In this document: one piece after another, positions 24,781 through 33,976 of the stretch
Position numbering within the stretch: the first letter of the stretch is position 1
Layout: every line of letters starts with the position of its first letter
Assembly (NCBI GenBank): GCA_035546915.1
Contig: DASZVT010000110.1
Location: 1-38,068, forward strand
Direction of reading: 5' to 3'
DNA: 38,068 nucleotides
Origin: Mycobacteriales bacterium
GTDB lineage: Bacteria; Actinomycetota; Actinomycetes; Mycobacteriales; CAJCIY01
The notes under the pieces: model-generated
Database searches by the model: none
Told to the model about the DNA's origin: nothing
The model's input: the letters and a program-made list of their open reading frames with translations, nothing else
Translations under genes and position numbers: made by a program

Positions 24781-26210
24781 GGAGCCGAGCCCCCCAATGG
24801 GTTGAGGAAGAGCGATTTCCAGTTGGTGATCTGGCCACCGGGAAGCACGTTCCCCAAGATTATCGGGTTACCGCCCGGCAACACCGACACGCCGCTCGCA
24901 GGATCGTAGGTGGCGCTGCTCGCCCCGGACCCGTTGTCCGCGAGGAACCCGCTCTGGCCACAGGTGTTGTTGTCGGTGCCGATGCTGCAGGCGGTGCCGA
25001 GCGCTTCCGGGTTCGGGTCGAAGATGAGCCCGCAGCCCGCGGCACTGGCCGAGCGCAGGTCCGGGTTGTTCGGACACTGGCTGTTGCGCGCACCACGGGA
25101 GATCTTGTCCTTCGCGGGTGTCGTCCCGTTCGCGCCGCAGTACGAGCTCGCCGGGATCTGCGAATTCGGGCTGGCCAGCGACAGGTCGCCCGGGTTCCGG
25201 TAGTTGTTCGCCTCCGAGAAGCCGTCGGTGCAGTACTGGCTGTTCACCGACAGCTTGAAGTTCAGCCCGGCGTACTTCTTCCCGTCGAAGACCGGTGAGC
25301 TGATGATGTCACCCATGATCGCGTTGTTGGTCGCGGGCAGCACGCTGAGCAGGTGTTGCACGCTCGGCAGGTAGACCTCCACCACCTTGCCGACCGAGGT
25401 CAGGTTGGCCAGCACCGAGGGCAGCACCGGCGCGACCTGGTCGAGGAACGCGCTGAGCTCGTTCGCGAACGACGGCGTCTGCGCCACCACCCCGCGGATG
25501 TCCGCGTCGCTGTCGACCAGTTGATCGGTCACCGACCGCAGATTGGATACGTACGACTCGAGGTAAGGCGCCACCGACTGTTGCGTCTGCAGCACCAGCT
25601 GTGCGTCCTGGATCAGCGTGGTGACCGGGCCGATGTTCGCATTCGCGTCGTGCACCAGTAACTGCCCGGCGTCGACGATGCGCTGCAGTGCGGGCGCGTT
25701 CCCGTTGAGGCCGGTGTAGAGCTCGTCGACCACCGTCGTCAGCGCGTCCGAGGGGACCGACGCCACCAGCGCGTTGACGTTCTTGAGCACCGTGTTGATC
25801 GGCAACGGCGTCGAGGTATTCGCCTGGAGGATGGTGCCGCCGTGCGGCAGGTACGGACCGCTCGATGTCGACGGGATGAGGTCAACGTACTGCTCGCCGA
25901 TCGCGGACGTGTTGCGTACCTCAGCGCGGGCGTCGCGCGGAACCTTCACGCTGTCGTTGATCTGCAACTGGGCCACCACGCCGGTGTCGGTGAGCGACAC
26001 CTTCTTCACGATGCCCACGTCGACGCCGCGCAGGGTGACGTTGGCATCGGGATACAGCCCGCCGCTGTTCGCCAGCTGCACGTTGATGGTGTAGCGGTGG
26101 TATCCCAGCAGCTGCGGGATCTTGACGTACGTGATTGCCGCATATGTCACGCCGATCGCGGTCACGATCAGGAAGACGAGGAATTGGAACCTGATCAGGC
26201 GACGGTTCAT
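24777..26210 (-). CDS. mceF: MCE-family protein MceF
   Basis: N-terminal TM helix plus MCE domain (YTINVQLANSGGLYPDANVTLRGVDVGIVKKV), a long helical region, and a Cys-rich C-terminal tail. Sixth Mce gene in the operon; ATGA overlap with mceE. Confidence 0.9.
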   Translation of the reverse strand: MNRRLIRFQFLVFLIVTAIGVTYAAITYVKIPQLLGYHRYTINVQLANSGGLYPDANVTLRGVDVGIVKKVSLTDTGVVAQLQINDSVKVPRDARAEVRNTSAIGEQYVDLIPSTSSGPYLPHGGTILQANTSTPLPINTVLKNVNALVASVPSDALTTVVDELYTGLNGNAPALQRIVDAGQLLVHDANANIGPVTTLIQDAQLVLQTQQSVAPYLESYVSNLRSVTDQLVDSDADIRGVVAQTPSFANELSAFLDQVAPVLPSVLANLTSVGKVVEVYLPSVQHLLSVLPATNNAIMGDIISSPVFDGKKYAGLNFKLSVNSQYCTDGFSEANNYRNPGDLSLASPNSQIPASSYCGANGTTPAKDKISRGARNSQCPNNPDLRSASAAGCGLIFDPNPEALGTACSIGTDNNTCGQSGFLADNGSGASSATYDPASGVSVLPGGNPIILGNVLPGGQITNWKSLFLNPLGGSAP

Positions 26211-27445
26211 CGTCCACCTCCGGTCAGACTCCCCAGCAGGCTGCCGAGCAGACCGCCGGACGAACCGGTCCCGGCATCGTTATCGCCGAGCAGCCCGCCC
26301 AGCGGCGCGGTGGCGGACGGCGTGGGCGGCGGCGTGCTGGCGTCGGCCTTCGGTGCCGGCGTCTGCTCCAGCGGCGCCTTCAACGGGTTGGTCAGCAGGC
26401 CGAGCGGGCTGCACAGGTCCAGGCCACCCACTACGGGTGCGCCGGACAGGAAGTTGCGGGTCAGCGTGGAACAGCGCAAGTCCAGGTTCACGAAGATGTT
26501 CGAGTAGTCGCCGCGGAAGGTCCGGGTGACGTTGTCGAGCGGGAACGGGTAGGTCGCCAGCTCGCCGATCGACTCGGGCAGGTCCTGTCCGGTGTCGGCG
26601 AGCGCTTTCAACGCGGGCTGCAGGTCGTGCAGCGTGCCGACCAGGTCCTGCTGGCTCGCGTTGATCACCTGGGTGGCGACGTCGCCGAGGTGGGACAGCG
26701 CGGTGAGGGTGTTGGTGAGGTCGACCCGGTTGTCCTCCAGCGCGGCGAGTCCGGGGCCGATCTTGTCGATGGCGGTGCCGATCACTTGGTTCTGCGATCC
26801 CAGCGACGCTGCCAGCGTGTTGACGTGGTCGATCGCGGCGACGATGTCGGACTTCTGCCCGTCCAACCCGCCGACGAAGGTGTTCAGGTTGGTCAACAGC
26901 GCCCGGGTGTCCTGCTGACGCCCGGAGAGCACCTGGTTCAACTCGGTGGCGATCGTATGGACCTGGGCCAAGCCGCTGCCGTTGAGCACGGTGGACAGCG
27001 CGGCGAGCACCTCCTCCGTCTCCGGGTAGCGACTGGTCTGATCGAGCGGTATCACGCTGCCGTCGTGCAGTTGCCCGGTCGGCGCCGTCCCCGTCGGTGC
27101 GGACAGATCCAGGTACTCCGCTCCGAGCAGGCTCTTCTGGCCGATCTTCGCGACCGCGTTCGCCGGCAGCTTCACGTCCTTCTTCAGGCCGATGGTCACC
27201 GTCGCGTGCCATCCGTCCACCTTCATGCTCTTGATCGTCCCGACGGTGACGTCGTCGACCTTGACCTCCGCGTGCCGGACCAGGTTCGCGACGTCCGCCA
27301 TCTCGACGGTGACCGTGTAGCTTCCCGAACCCTCTCCTTTCACGAACGGTGTCGGGAGGGTCTGCGAGCCCCGGATCGAGCAGCCGCAGAGCGCGACGGT
27401 TCCGGCCAGTACCAGGACCGCGACGCCGCGCCGACGGGCGTTCAT
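26207..27445 (-). CDS. mceE: MCE-family lipoprotein MceE (LprN-like)
   Basis: ATG 27445 overlaps the mceD stop (ATGA). Signal peptide plus lipobox MNARRRGVAVLVLAGTVALCGC. MCE domain YTVTVEMADVANLVRHAEVKVDDVTVGTIKSM. The ORF-track extension to 27691 is rejected. Confidence 0.9.
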   Translation of the reverse strand: MNARRRGVAVLVLAGTVALCGCSIRGSQTLPTPFVKGEGSGSYTVTVEMADVANLVRHAEVKVDDVTVGTIKSMKVDGWHATVTIGLKKDVKLPANAVAKIGQKSLLGAEYLDLSAPTGTAPTGQLHDGSVIPLDQTSRYPETEEVLAALSTVLNGSGLAQVHTIATELNQVLSGRQQDTRALLTNLNTFVGGLDGQKSDIVAAIDHVNTLAASLGSQNQVIGTAIDKIGPGLAALEDNRVDLTNTLTALSHLGDVATQVINASQQDLVGTLHDLQPALKALADTGQDLPESIGELATYPFPLDNVTRTFRGDYSNIFVNLDLRCSTLTRNFLSGAPVVGGLDLCSPLGLLTNPLKAPLEQTPAPKADASTPPPTPSATAPLGGLLGDNDAGTGSSGGLLGSLLGSLTGGGR

Positions 27446-28689
27446 CGGCTGCCACCCGGGGTCATCAGGTTCGCCAGCGACGACGGCCCGGTGTCGCTGC
27501 AGGTCACCGTGCGCACGTCCGTCAGGGCCGGTCCCGGCGCCGCGGTGACCTGGTTGCACGCACCGTTGCGCTCGAACGGGCTCACCGTCGGAATCAGCTT
27601 GCTCAACGTCGGTACCGACGGGTCGACGAACTTCCCGAGCAACGCCGCGCAACCGGCGGCATTGAGGTTGAGGCCACTGAACAGGGTGCACACCGGCAGC
27701 GACGCGGAATTGGCGTTGATCGGTGCGACCGCGCCGGTGAGGCCGCCGCTGACCGGGTCGTAGATGTTGTTCAGGTTGGACAGTGCACCCGGCCCGACCT
27801 GCAGGATGTCGGCGAGGTTCTGCCGCTGACTCGCAACGGTGGTGGCGAGCTGGTTCAGCTTCTGCAGGTCGGTCGCCACCAGAGTGCGGTTGTCGGCGAC
27901 GAAGTCGCGGATCTGGCCGAATGAGTGGTCCAGCGCCGTCAGCGTCTGCCCCAACTCCTGGCGGTTGTCGGCGAGCACGGTCGAAACCTGGTCCAGCTGC
28001 TTGTTGAACAAGGCGACCTGGTCATCGGAGTCCTTCAGTGCCGTGACGAAGCTCTGCAAGTTGCGCAGCGTGCCGAACAGGTCGTCGCGGCCGTCGGACA
28101 GCGTCGTCAACGCCTGCGACAACTCGGCGACGGTGTCGTGCAGGTTCTTGCCCTGGCCGTCCAGGTTCGCCGCTCCCACAGTGACCAGGTCGGCCAGGGC
28201 TCCTTGGGAATTGGCCCCGTTCGGGCCGAGATCGGTGGCGACTTGGTCGAGCTGCTGGAGGATCTGATCCCACTCCACCGGCACTGCGGTACGGGTGATC
28301 GGGATGCTGCCCCCGTCAGGCAGGGTTGCGCCGGAGGCATATTGCGGGGTGAGCTGGATGAACCGGCCGGTGACAAGCGTCGGCGCGATGATGACCGCCT
28401 CGACGTTGGCCGGCAGCGGCTCATCCGCGTTGACGCTGAATTTCACCCGGACCCGGTCGCCCTGTTGCTGCACCGCGTCGACCACGCCGACATTCACGCC
28501 GCGGATGCGCACGTCGTTGCCCTTGTACAGGCCGACCGACTCGGTGAAGTACGCGGTGTAGTGCCGGTGGTGGGAACCGTTCGCGACCCAGAAGAAGACG
28601 CCGACCGCGATCAGGACCAACACGATGGCGAGCGAGATGAGCCGTCGCGGTGCGGCTAGCCTGATCATGCGGGCTGGGCGGGGCATCAT
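27442..28689 (-). CDS. mceD: MCE-family protein MceD
   Basis: TM helix LISLAIVLVLIAVGVFFWV, then MCE domain YTAYFTESVGLYKGNDVRIRGVNVGVVDAV. ATGA overlap with mceC. Confidence 0.9.
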   Translation of the reverse strand: MMPRPARMIRLAAPRRLISLAIVLVLIAVGVFFWVANGSHHRHYTAYFTESVGLYKGNDVRIRGVNVGVVDAVQQQGDRVRVKFSVNADEPLPANVEAVIIAPTLVTGRFIQLTPQYASGATLPDGGSIPITRTAVPVEWDQILQQLDQVATDLGPNGANSQGALADLVTVGAANLDGQGKNLHDTVAELSQALTTLSDGRDDLFGTLRNLQSFVTALKDSDDQVALFNKQLDQVSTVLADNRQELGQTLTALDHSFGQIRDFVADNRTLVATDLQKLNQLATTVASQRQNLADILQVGPGALSNLNNIYDPVSGGLTGAVAPINANSASLPVCTLFSGLNLNAAGCAALLGKFVDPSVPTLSKLIPTVSPFERNGACNQVTAAPGPALTDVRTVTCSDTGPSSLANLMTPGGSR

Positions 28690-29744
28690 GGGTTCGCCTT
28701 CTGGAGGCTGCCGAGCAGCCCGTCGACGAGGCTGCCGATGACCGGGACGCCGGCCAGCGATACCCCGTTCGGGATGGCGAGATCGGTTGGCGGCAGATTC
28801 GGGATGAAGGCGTAGAAGAACGGGCCGCCGCCCACCGCTTCGCCGAGGCCGGTCGCGTACCGTTTGAGCCCGGTGATCGCTGCGACCAGGTCGGACTGAT
28901 GCTTGTTGAGCAGGTCCAGTACGCCTTCTAGCTGTGTCAGTGCAGGCTTCAGCGTGGTCTTGTTGTCAGCGACCAGGCCGTCCAGCTGGTTGACCACCCG
29001 GGTGACACTGATCAGCACGGTATGAATCGCATCGCGCTGGGAGTAAAGCTCTTGCAGTAGCAGGTTGCCGTCTTGGAAAAGCGTGACGAACTGCGCTTTG
29101 CGGTCGGAGAGGATCTGGGTCACGCCGTTCGCGTTGGACAGCAGTGCCCGCAACGCTGCGTCGCGGGATGCGATCGTCTCGGACAGTCGGGAGACGCCGC
29201 TGAGGGCGGACTTGACGTCGTCCGGCGCGTTCGCGAAGGCTTGCGACAACGTGGTGAGGGAGGCCGCCAGCTGGGTGGTGTTCACCTCAGTGGTGGTGGT
29301 GCTCAGCTGCGAGAGCACGTCGGTGATGTCGTAGGGCGCACTGGTACGGGAGATCGGGATCTCACTGCCCGCCTTCAACCGGCCCGGCCCGGCCGGGGTG
29401 AGCTTGAGTACCTTCTTGCCGAGGACGGTCGCGGTCGAAATCGATGCCCGGGTATCGGTGCCGAGGTGGACGCCCTTCTTGAGCTTGAAGTCCACCTTGA
29501 CGTGACCGTGTTGCAGCGTGATGCCACCGACGCTGCCGACGGTGACCCCGCTGATCTGTACGTCCTCGCCGCCACCGAGGCCGGCGACGTCGGTGAAGTC
29601 CGCGGAGTAGCCGTTCTCCGTGAAGTGACTGACGATGCTGCGGAACTGGAACCCGGCTGCGAGCAATGCCACCACGACGACGATGCTCACAACCGCGATC
29701 GTGATCGGGTTCCGCTCGGTGAAGGACTTGCCTAATATGCGCAC
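28686..29744 (-). CDS. mceC: MCE-family protein MceC
   Basis: GGAGG lies 6 nt upstream of GTG 29744 (VRILGKSFTERNP). TM helix, then MCE domain YSADFTDVAGLGGGEDVQISGVTVGSVGGI. Upstream in-frame starts would overlap mceB. Confidence 0.85.
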   Translation of the reverse strand: MRILGKSFTERNPITIAVVSIVVVVALLAAGFQFRSIVSHFTENGYSADFTDVAGLGGGEDVQISGVTVGSVGGITLQHGHVKVDFKLKKGVHLGTDTRASISTATVLGKKVLKLTPAGPGRLKAGSEIPISRTSAPYDITDVLSQLSTTTTEVNTTQLAASLTTLSQAFANAPDDVKSALSGVSRLSETIASRDAALRALLSNANGVTQILSDRKAQFVTLFQDGNLLLQELYSQRDAIHTVLISVTRVVNQLDGLVADNKTTLKPALTQLEGVLDLLNKHQSDLVAAITGLKRYATGLGEAVGGGPFFYAFIPNLPPTDLAIPNGVSLAGVPVIGSLVDGLLGSLQKANP

Positions 29745-29793
29745 GGCGCACCTCCGTGCCGGAGCAGGGGTGCGGGGCGGGTCACGTGCGCGC

Positions 29794-30816
29794 TCACTTC
29801 GGCGTGTCCTGACAGCGGTTCTCGGCGCTGGTGAGCGAGATCGGGCTGGTCGGGTTCGCGTCGGTGACGATCCCGACGCCACAGATGTAGAAGTTGAAGG
29901 TGGACGCGTACTGGCCTTGGCGGTTGATCAACCGGTACGCCAGCGGAAGTGAGGACAGTCGCTTCTCCAACTCGGCCTTGCCGGCGTTGATGTTGCTCGC
30001 GAGCCGGTTGACCTGGGTGACGCTGCCGGAGATGTCGGGGCGGCTCTGGTCCAACAGGTTGGCCACCGACACCGACAGGTCGGTGATGTGCTGGAACGAC
30101 CCGGCGATCTGGTCGCGGTCGCCGGCCAGTCCGCTGACCAACTGCTGCAGGTTGGAGATGAGGTCGTAGGTCTGTTGGCTGTGTGCGTTCACCGTGCCCA
30201 GAACGGCGTTCAGGTTGGTGATCAGAGCGCCGACGACCTCGTCGTTGTCGGCGAGCGTGCTGGTCAGCGAGCCGACCCGTGCCAGCAGACTGTCGACGGT
30301 GTCCGACTGGCCCTGGAAGACATCGATGATGGACGCCGTCAGCGAGTTGACGTCCCGCGGCGACAGTGCCTGGAACAGCGGCTGGAAGCCGTTGTAGAGC
30401 GCGTCCAGGTCGAGCGCCGGGTGGGTGTCGTCGCTCGGGATCTCGCCGCCGGGCGGCAGCACCTGGTCGTCGCCCGGCCCCTGCGACAGCTCCAGGAACC
30501 GGTTTGCGAGCAGGTCCTTGTACTTGATCGTGGCGACCGTGCCGCGCATCAGCGTGATCGAGCTGTCGACGTTGAACGTGACCACGACGTGGTGGGTGTC
30601 CGGCTGTAGCGATAGCCCGGTGACCCGGCCGACCGGGACGCCTGCGATCCGGACGTCGCTGTTGGTCTTCATCCCGGCGACGTCGGTGAAGTCAGCCTTG
30701 TAGGTGTGCGTGGAGCGGACCTCGATGTTGCCGAAGGCGATCGTGATGATCGCGCCCAGCAGCAGGCTCACCACGAGCAGGCCGACGGTGACGACGACGG
30801 AACGGGCCCGGATCAT
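29794..30816 (-). CDS. mceB: MCE-family protein MceB
   Basis: ATG 30816 overlaps the mceA stop (ATGA). TM helix VVVTVGLLVVSLLLGAIITIAF, then MCE domain YKADFTDVAGMKTNSDVRIAGVPVGRVTGL. Confidence 0.9.
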   Translation of the reverse strand: MIRARSVVVTVGLLVVSLLLGAIITIAFGNIEVRSTHTYKADFTDVAGMKTNSDVRIAGVPVGRVTGLSLQPDTHHVVVTFNVDSSITLMRGTVATIKYKDLLANRFLELSQGPGDDQVLPPGGEIPSDDTHPALDLDALYNGFQPLFQALSPRDVNSLTASIIDVFQGQSDTVDSLLARVGSLTSTLADNDEVVGALITNLNAVLGTVNAHSQQTYDLISNLQQLVSGLAGDRDQIAGSFQHITDLSVSVANLLDQSRPDISGSVTQVNRLASNINAGKAELEKRLSSLPLAYRLINRQGQYASTFNFYICGVGIVTDANPTSPISLTSAENRCQDTPK

Positions 30817-32075
30817 GGCAGCACGTTGCCCAACAGGTTCGTCAGCGTGCTGGTCAGCGCCTCGGCGCCGCTGGCGCAGGTGTTCACCCCGACCACCGAC
30901 AGGCAATCGGTCTTGTTCGAGAACGGCGTGTTAGTGCCGTCGTGGAGGCTGATCCGCGGGTACGGATCGACCACCGTGCCATTGGTGAGAGCCGGCATCT
31001 GCGTGCCGTTGACCGTGGTCGGTTCGACCGGGCCGCCCAGGCAGTCCGGACCGTCGATCGTGTCGAGTTGCGGCGCGTCCTTCACCGGGTCGTAGCCGGC
31101 GGCGCCGGGCAGCAAGCTGGCGAACAGGTCCAGGCCAGGGTTGTCACCGCCGAGGATCGGGCTGATCTTCTCGCGAAGCTCGTTCGTGCTGGTGATCAGG
31201 CAGCCCAGCTCGGGGGAGTAGGTCTGCAGGGCGCTGGCCGTGGGGCGCAGCGTGGTCAGCAGCTGTACCAGCCCGTTCTGGTTCTGGGCCAGCACGGACT
31301 GCGCGCGCCCCGCCAGCCCGGTCGCCGCGGTCAGGCTGTCGCGTAGTTCCCCCTGGGTAGCCACCAGCGTGTCGCTGGTGGTGGCGAGGTTGGTCAGTAT
31401 CCGCAGCAGTGCCGGCGAGGCTTGCGCGTACGCGTCCGTCACCGGGGCGGTGAGCCGCAGGTCGTCCTGCAGCGCGCCCAGGTTGCGGTCCAGGCTTTCG
31501 GTCAGCTCGTTGGTGCTCAAGATCGTCTGCCCGAGTTCCTGTCCGCGTCCGCTGAGCGCGGTGGAGAGCGTTCCCAGGATGGAGTAGACCTTGGCCGGGT
31601 CCACCGCCTGCAACAGCGTGTTGAGGTTCTCCAGCACCGAGTTCGTCTCGATCGCGACCGCCGTCGGCGCGATCACCGCTCCTGACTCGATATGCGCGCT
31701 GCTCGGCGAGCGGGGCGGCACCAGGTCCACGTACTTCGCGCCGAAGACGGTGGGCGCGATGATCTGCGCGGACACGTTCGCGGGGATCTTGCCGACTTTG
31801 CCGTGCTGCAGGCTCACCTTGATCACGGCGTGGCCCTGTTCCAGCGCGACCGAGCGGACCTGGCCGACCACCACGCCGCGCATGGTCACGTCGGCGCCCT
31901 TCTCCAGCAGCAGACCACTGCGGTTCGCCTGGACCTGGGCGGAGACCCCGGAGCTGAAGACCTGCAGGCACGAGCCGACGGCAACGGCCATCAGCCCGAG
32001 GATCAGGGCCAGGAGCAGCACGCCGTAGGCCTGGTACCGGACTCTGCGCCACCATGGCGCCGCGTTGGCGCTCAT
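30813..32075 (-). CDS. mceA: MCE-family protein MceA
   Basis: ATG 32075 overlaps the yrbEB stop (ATGA). TM helix YGVLLLALILGLMAVAVGS, then MCE domain VQANRSGLLLEKGADVTMRGVVVGQVRSV. The 290-codon ORF-track extension to 32945 is an open alternative frame of yrbEB and is rejected. Confidence 0.9.
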   Translation of the reverse strand: MSANAAPWWRRVRYQAYGVLLLALILGLMAVAVGSCLQVFSSGVSAQVQANRSGLLLEKGADVTMRGVVVGQVRSVALEQGHAVIKVSLQHGKVGKIPANVSAQIIAPTVFGAKYVDLVPPRSPSSAHIESGAVIAPTAVAIETNSVLENLNTLLQAVDPAKVYSILGTLSTALSGRGQELGQTILSTNELTESLDRNLGALQDDLRLTAPVTDAYAQASPALLRILTNLATTSDTLVATQGELRDSLTAATGLAGRAQSVLAQNQNGLVQLLTTLRPTASALQTYSPELGCLITSTNELREKISPILGGDNPGLDLFASLLPGAAGYDPVKDAPQLDTIDGPDCLGGPVEPTTVNGTQMPALTNGTVVDPYPRISLHDGTNTPFSNKTDCLSVVGVNTCASGAEALTSTLTNLLGNVLP

Positions 32076-32947
32076 CGCGAGATGTGCAGGGTGTGAGAGT
32101 TGCCGTACAGGAGCAGACTCGCGAACAGCAGCACGAACATGATGCCGACGAGTGACGCGCGCACCGACCGGCCGACAGCGCGGCCCACGCCGGCTGGTCC
32201 GCCGGTAGCGGTATAGCCGAAGTAGCAGTGCACCGAGATGATCACGAGCGACATCATCAGCACCTCGATGTAGGACGTGATGATGTCCCGCGGGATCAGG
32301 AACGTCGAGAAGTAGTGGTCGTAGCTGCCGACCGACTGGTGGAAGAACGTGATCGAAACGAACTTGCCCACCGCGAACGAGGTGAACAGCGCTATCGCAT
32401 AGAGCGGGGTGATCGCGATGAAGCCGGCGAGGACGCGGGTGGTGACCAGGAACGGGATCGGCGGGACCGCCATCACTTCCAGCGCGTCGATCTCCTCGCT
32501 GATGCGCATCGCGCCGATCTCGGCGGTGAATCCGGCGCCGACAGTTGCGATCAGTCCGACGCCGGCGATCAGCGGGGCGGCGATCCGGGTATTGATGTAA
32601 GCAGCGAAGAAGCCATTCAAAGCTTCCACGCCGACATTCTTGAGCTGGGTGGACCCCTGGAGCGCTACCTCCGCGCCGGTGGTGCCGGTGAGGAATCCGA
32701 CGATGACGGCCGTGCCGCCGACCAACGCAAGCGCCCCGGTCCCGAGGAATGTCGCGGAGATCTGCCGAACCACTTCGGTCTTGTAGCGGGCGAGGGTGCG
32801 GTAGATGTAGCCGTAGACCTGGACGTAGAAGGCCAGCTGCCGACCGAGGCCTTCCAGCATCCGGCCCGGACCGCTGGCGGCGCGGCCGAGCGCGAGCACC
32901 GCTTTGTTGCCGGTGGGGACCGTCGCGTTGTCGCTCACTGCGCACAC
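32072..32947 (-). CDS. yrbEB: Mce/Mla-type ABC permease YrbEB (MlaE family)
   Basis: Polytopic membrane protein with MlaE-family blocks (GAEIGAMRISEEIDALEVMAVPPIPFLVTTRVLAG). GTG 32947 or GTG 32938 (10 nt after GGAGG) is the start. Confidence 0.9.
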   Translation of the reverse strand: MCAVSDNATVPTGNKAVLALGRAASGPGRMLEGLGRQLAFYVQVYGYIYRTLARYKTEVVRQISATFLGTGALALVGGTAVIVGFLTGTTGAEVALQGSTQLKNVGVEALNGFFAAYINTRIAAPLIAGVGLIATVGAGFTAEIGAMRISEEIDALEVMAVPPIPFLVTTRVLAGFIAITPLYAIALFTSFAVGKFVSITFFHQSVGSYDHYFSTFLIPRDIITSYIEVLMMSLVIISVHCYFGYTATGGPAGVGRAVGRSVRASLVGIMFVLLFASLLLYGNSHTLHISR

Positions 32948-32957
32948 ACCTCCTCGC

Positions 32958-33761
32958 TCATCCGGTCACCTGCAAACTGATCGCAGTGATAAGGCTGTTG
33001 AGGACGAACAGCACGATGAACGAAAGGATCACGGTCTGGTTGACTGCGTCGCCCACGCCCTTGGGGCCGCCCTTCACGGTGAGCCCCCGGTAGCAGGCCA
33101 CCAGGCCGGCGGCGAGCCCGTACGAGAACGCCTTGATCTCGCCGATGACGAAGTCTTTGAGGCCGGTGAGCAGGGTGAGATTGGACACGAACTGTCCTGC
33201 GCTCGCGCCCTGGAGCTTCACCGAGACCACGTAACCGACGGCGACGCCGATCGCGGTCAGCACCGCGTTGAGGCAGATCGCGACGAAGGTCGAGGCGAGC
33301 ACCCGGGGGAGCACGAGTCGGTGGATCGGGTTGATCCCCAGGACCTCCATCGCGTCGATCTCTTCACGGATCGTGCGGGCACCGAGATCGGCGGTAATGG
33401 CGGTCGCACCGGCGCCGGCGACGACCAGCACGCTCGCGATCGGTGCCACCTCGAGCAGTACGCCGATCCCGACCCCGGCGCCGCTGAGGTCGATGGCGCC
33501 GATCTGCAGCAGCAGTTGGTTGATGAGGAAAACCACGAAGCCCAGGAACGGGACCATCAACACCACGGCGGGGAAGAGCGACACGCCGGTGATGAACGCG
33601 ACCTGGTCGAGGAACTCGCCGACCGGGAAGCCTCGGCGTCCGATCGCCCGAAAGGTCTCCAGCGACATCGCCATGAAGCCGCCGATCGGCCGCAGCGGCC
33701 TGGCGAACCACGGGTCGACGACGACCGGCCGGGAGTCGGCGGCCGGGCTCGACGCGGTCAT
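32958..33761 (-). CDS. yrbEA: Mce/Mla-type ABC permease YrbEA (MlaE family)
   Basis: MlaE blocks (TADLGARTIREEIDAMEVLGINPIHRLVLPRVLAS) and a conserved C-terminal GGPKGVGDAVNQTV. First gene of the mce operon. Confidence 0.9.
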   Translation of the reverse strand: MTASSPAADSRPVVVDPWFARPLRPIGGFMAMSLETFRAIGRRGFPVGEFLDQVAFITGVSLFPAVVLMVPFLGFVVFLINQLLLQIGAIDLSGAGVGIGVLLEVAPIASVLVVAGAGATAITADLGARTIREEIDAMEVLGINPIHRLVLPRVLASTFVAICLNAVLTAIGVAVGYVVSVKLQGASAGQFVSNLTLLTGLKDFVIGEIKAFSYGLAAGLVACYRGLTVKGGPKGVGDAVNQTVILSFIVLFVLNSLITAISLQVTG

Positions 33762-33960
33762 CAGGCGGCTACCTTCGACGCGGCGTCAGGTGGGAGCACG
33801 CCACGTGAGCAACGCACCGCAACCGCCACGGACAGGTCCTTTCTCGGCCTGGGACGCTCTGCGATACAGAACGACGGGGTGGAACGGACGTGACGGGCGC
33901 CACATCACGAAAGGTGTACTAGGTGAGCGTTGAGGAGGATCGGGGCCGGCCCGCCGTCGA

Positions 33961-33976
33961 TGTGGCGCGCGCCACA
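33961..33976. promoter_or_regulatory. perfect 16-bp palindrome TGTGGCGCGCGCCACA in the yrbEA / CoA-transferase divergent region (candidate operator)
   Basis: Self-complementary over all 16 positions. It lies 200 nt upstream of the yrbEA start and 226 nt upstream of the preferred CoA-transferase start. Confidence 0.3.

Noticed and set aside
32076-32945. 290-codon N-terminal extension of mceA in the ORF track (710 aa in total)
   Set aside because: The extension is an alternative open frame of yrbEB with Arg/Pro-rich junk translation. ATG 32075 gives the canonical TM helix plus MCE domain and an ATGA overlap with the yrbEB stop.
23552-33761. The absence of an Mce ATPase (MceG/Mkl) might mean the operon is defective
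   Set aside because: In M. tuberculosis a single unlinked mceG serves all mce operons, so absence from the operon is the expected arrangement.
12759-33919. The heptamer GGTGTAC occurs three times in divergent promoter regions (12759, 12792, 33913)
   Set aside because: It was found post hoc and is short. One copy overlaps the RBS-start spacer of the ACAD at 12758, and the flanks do not align. This is insufficient to call a shared operator.
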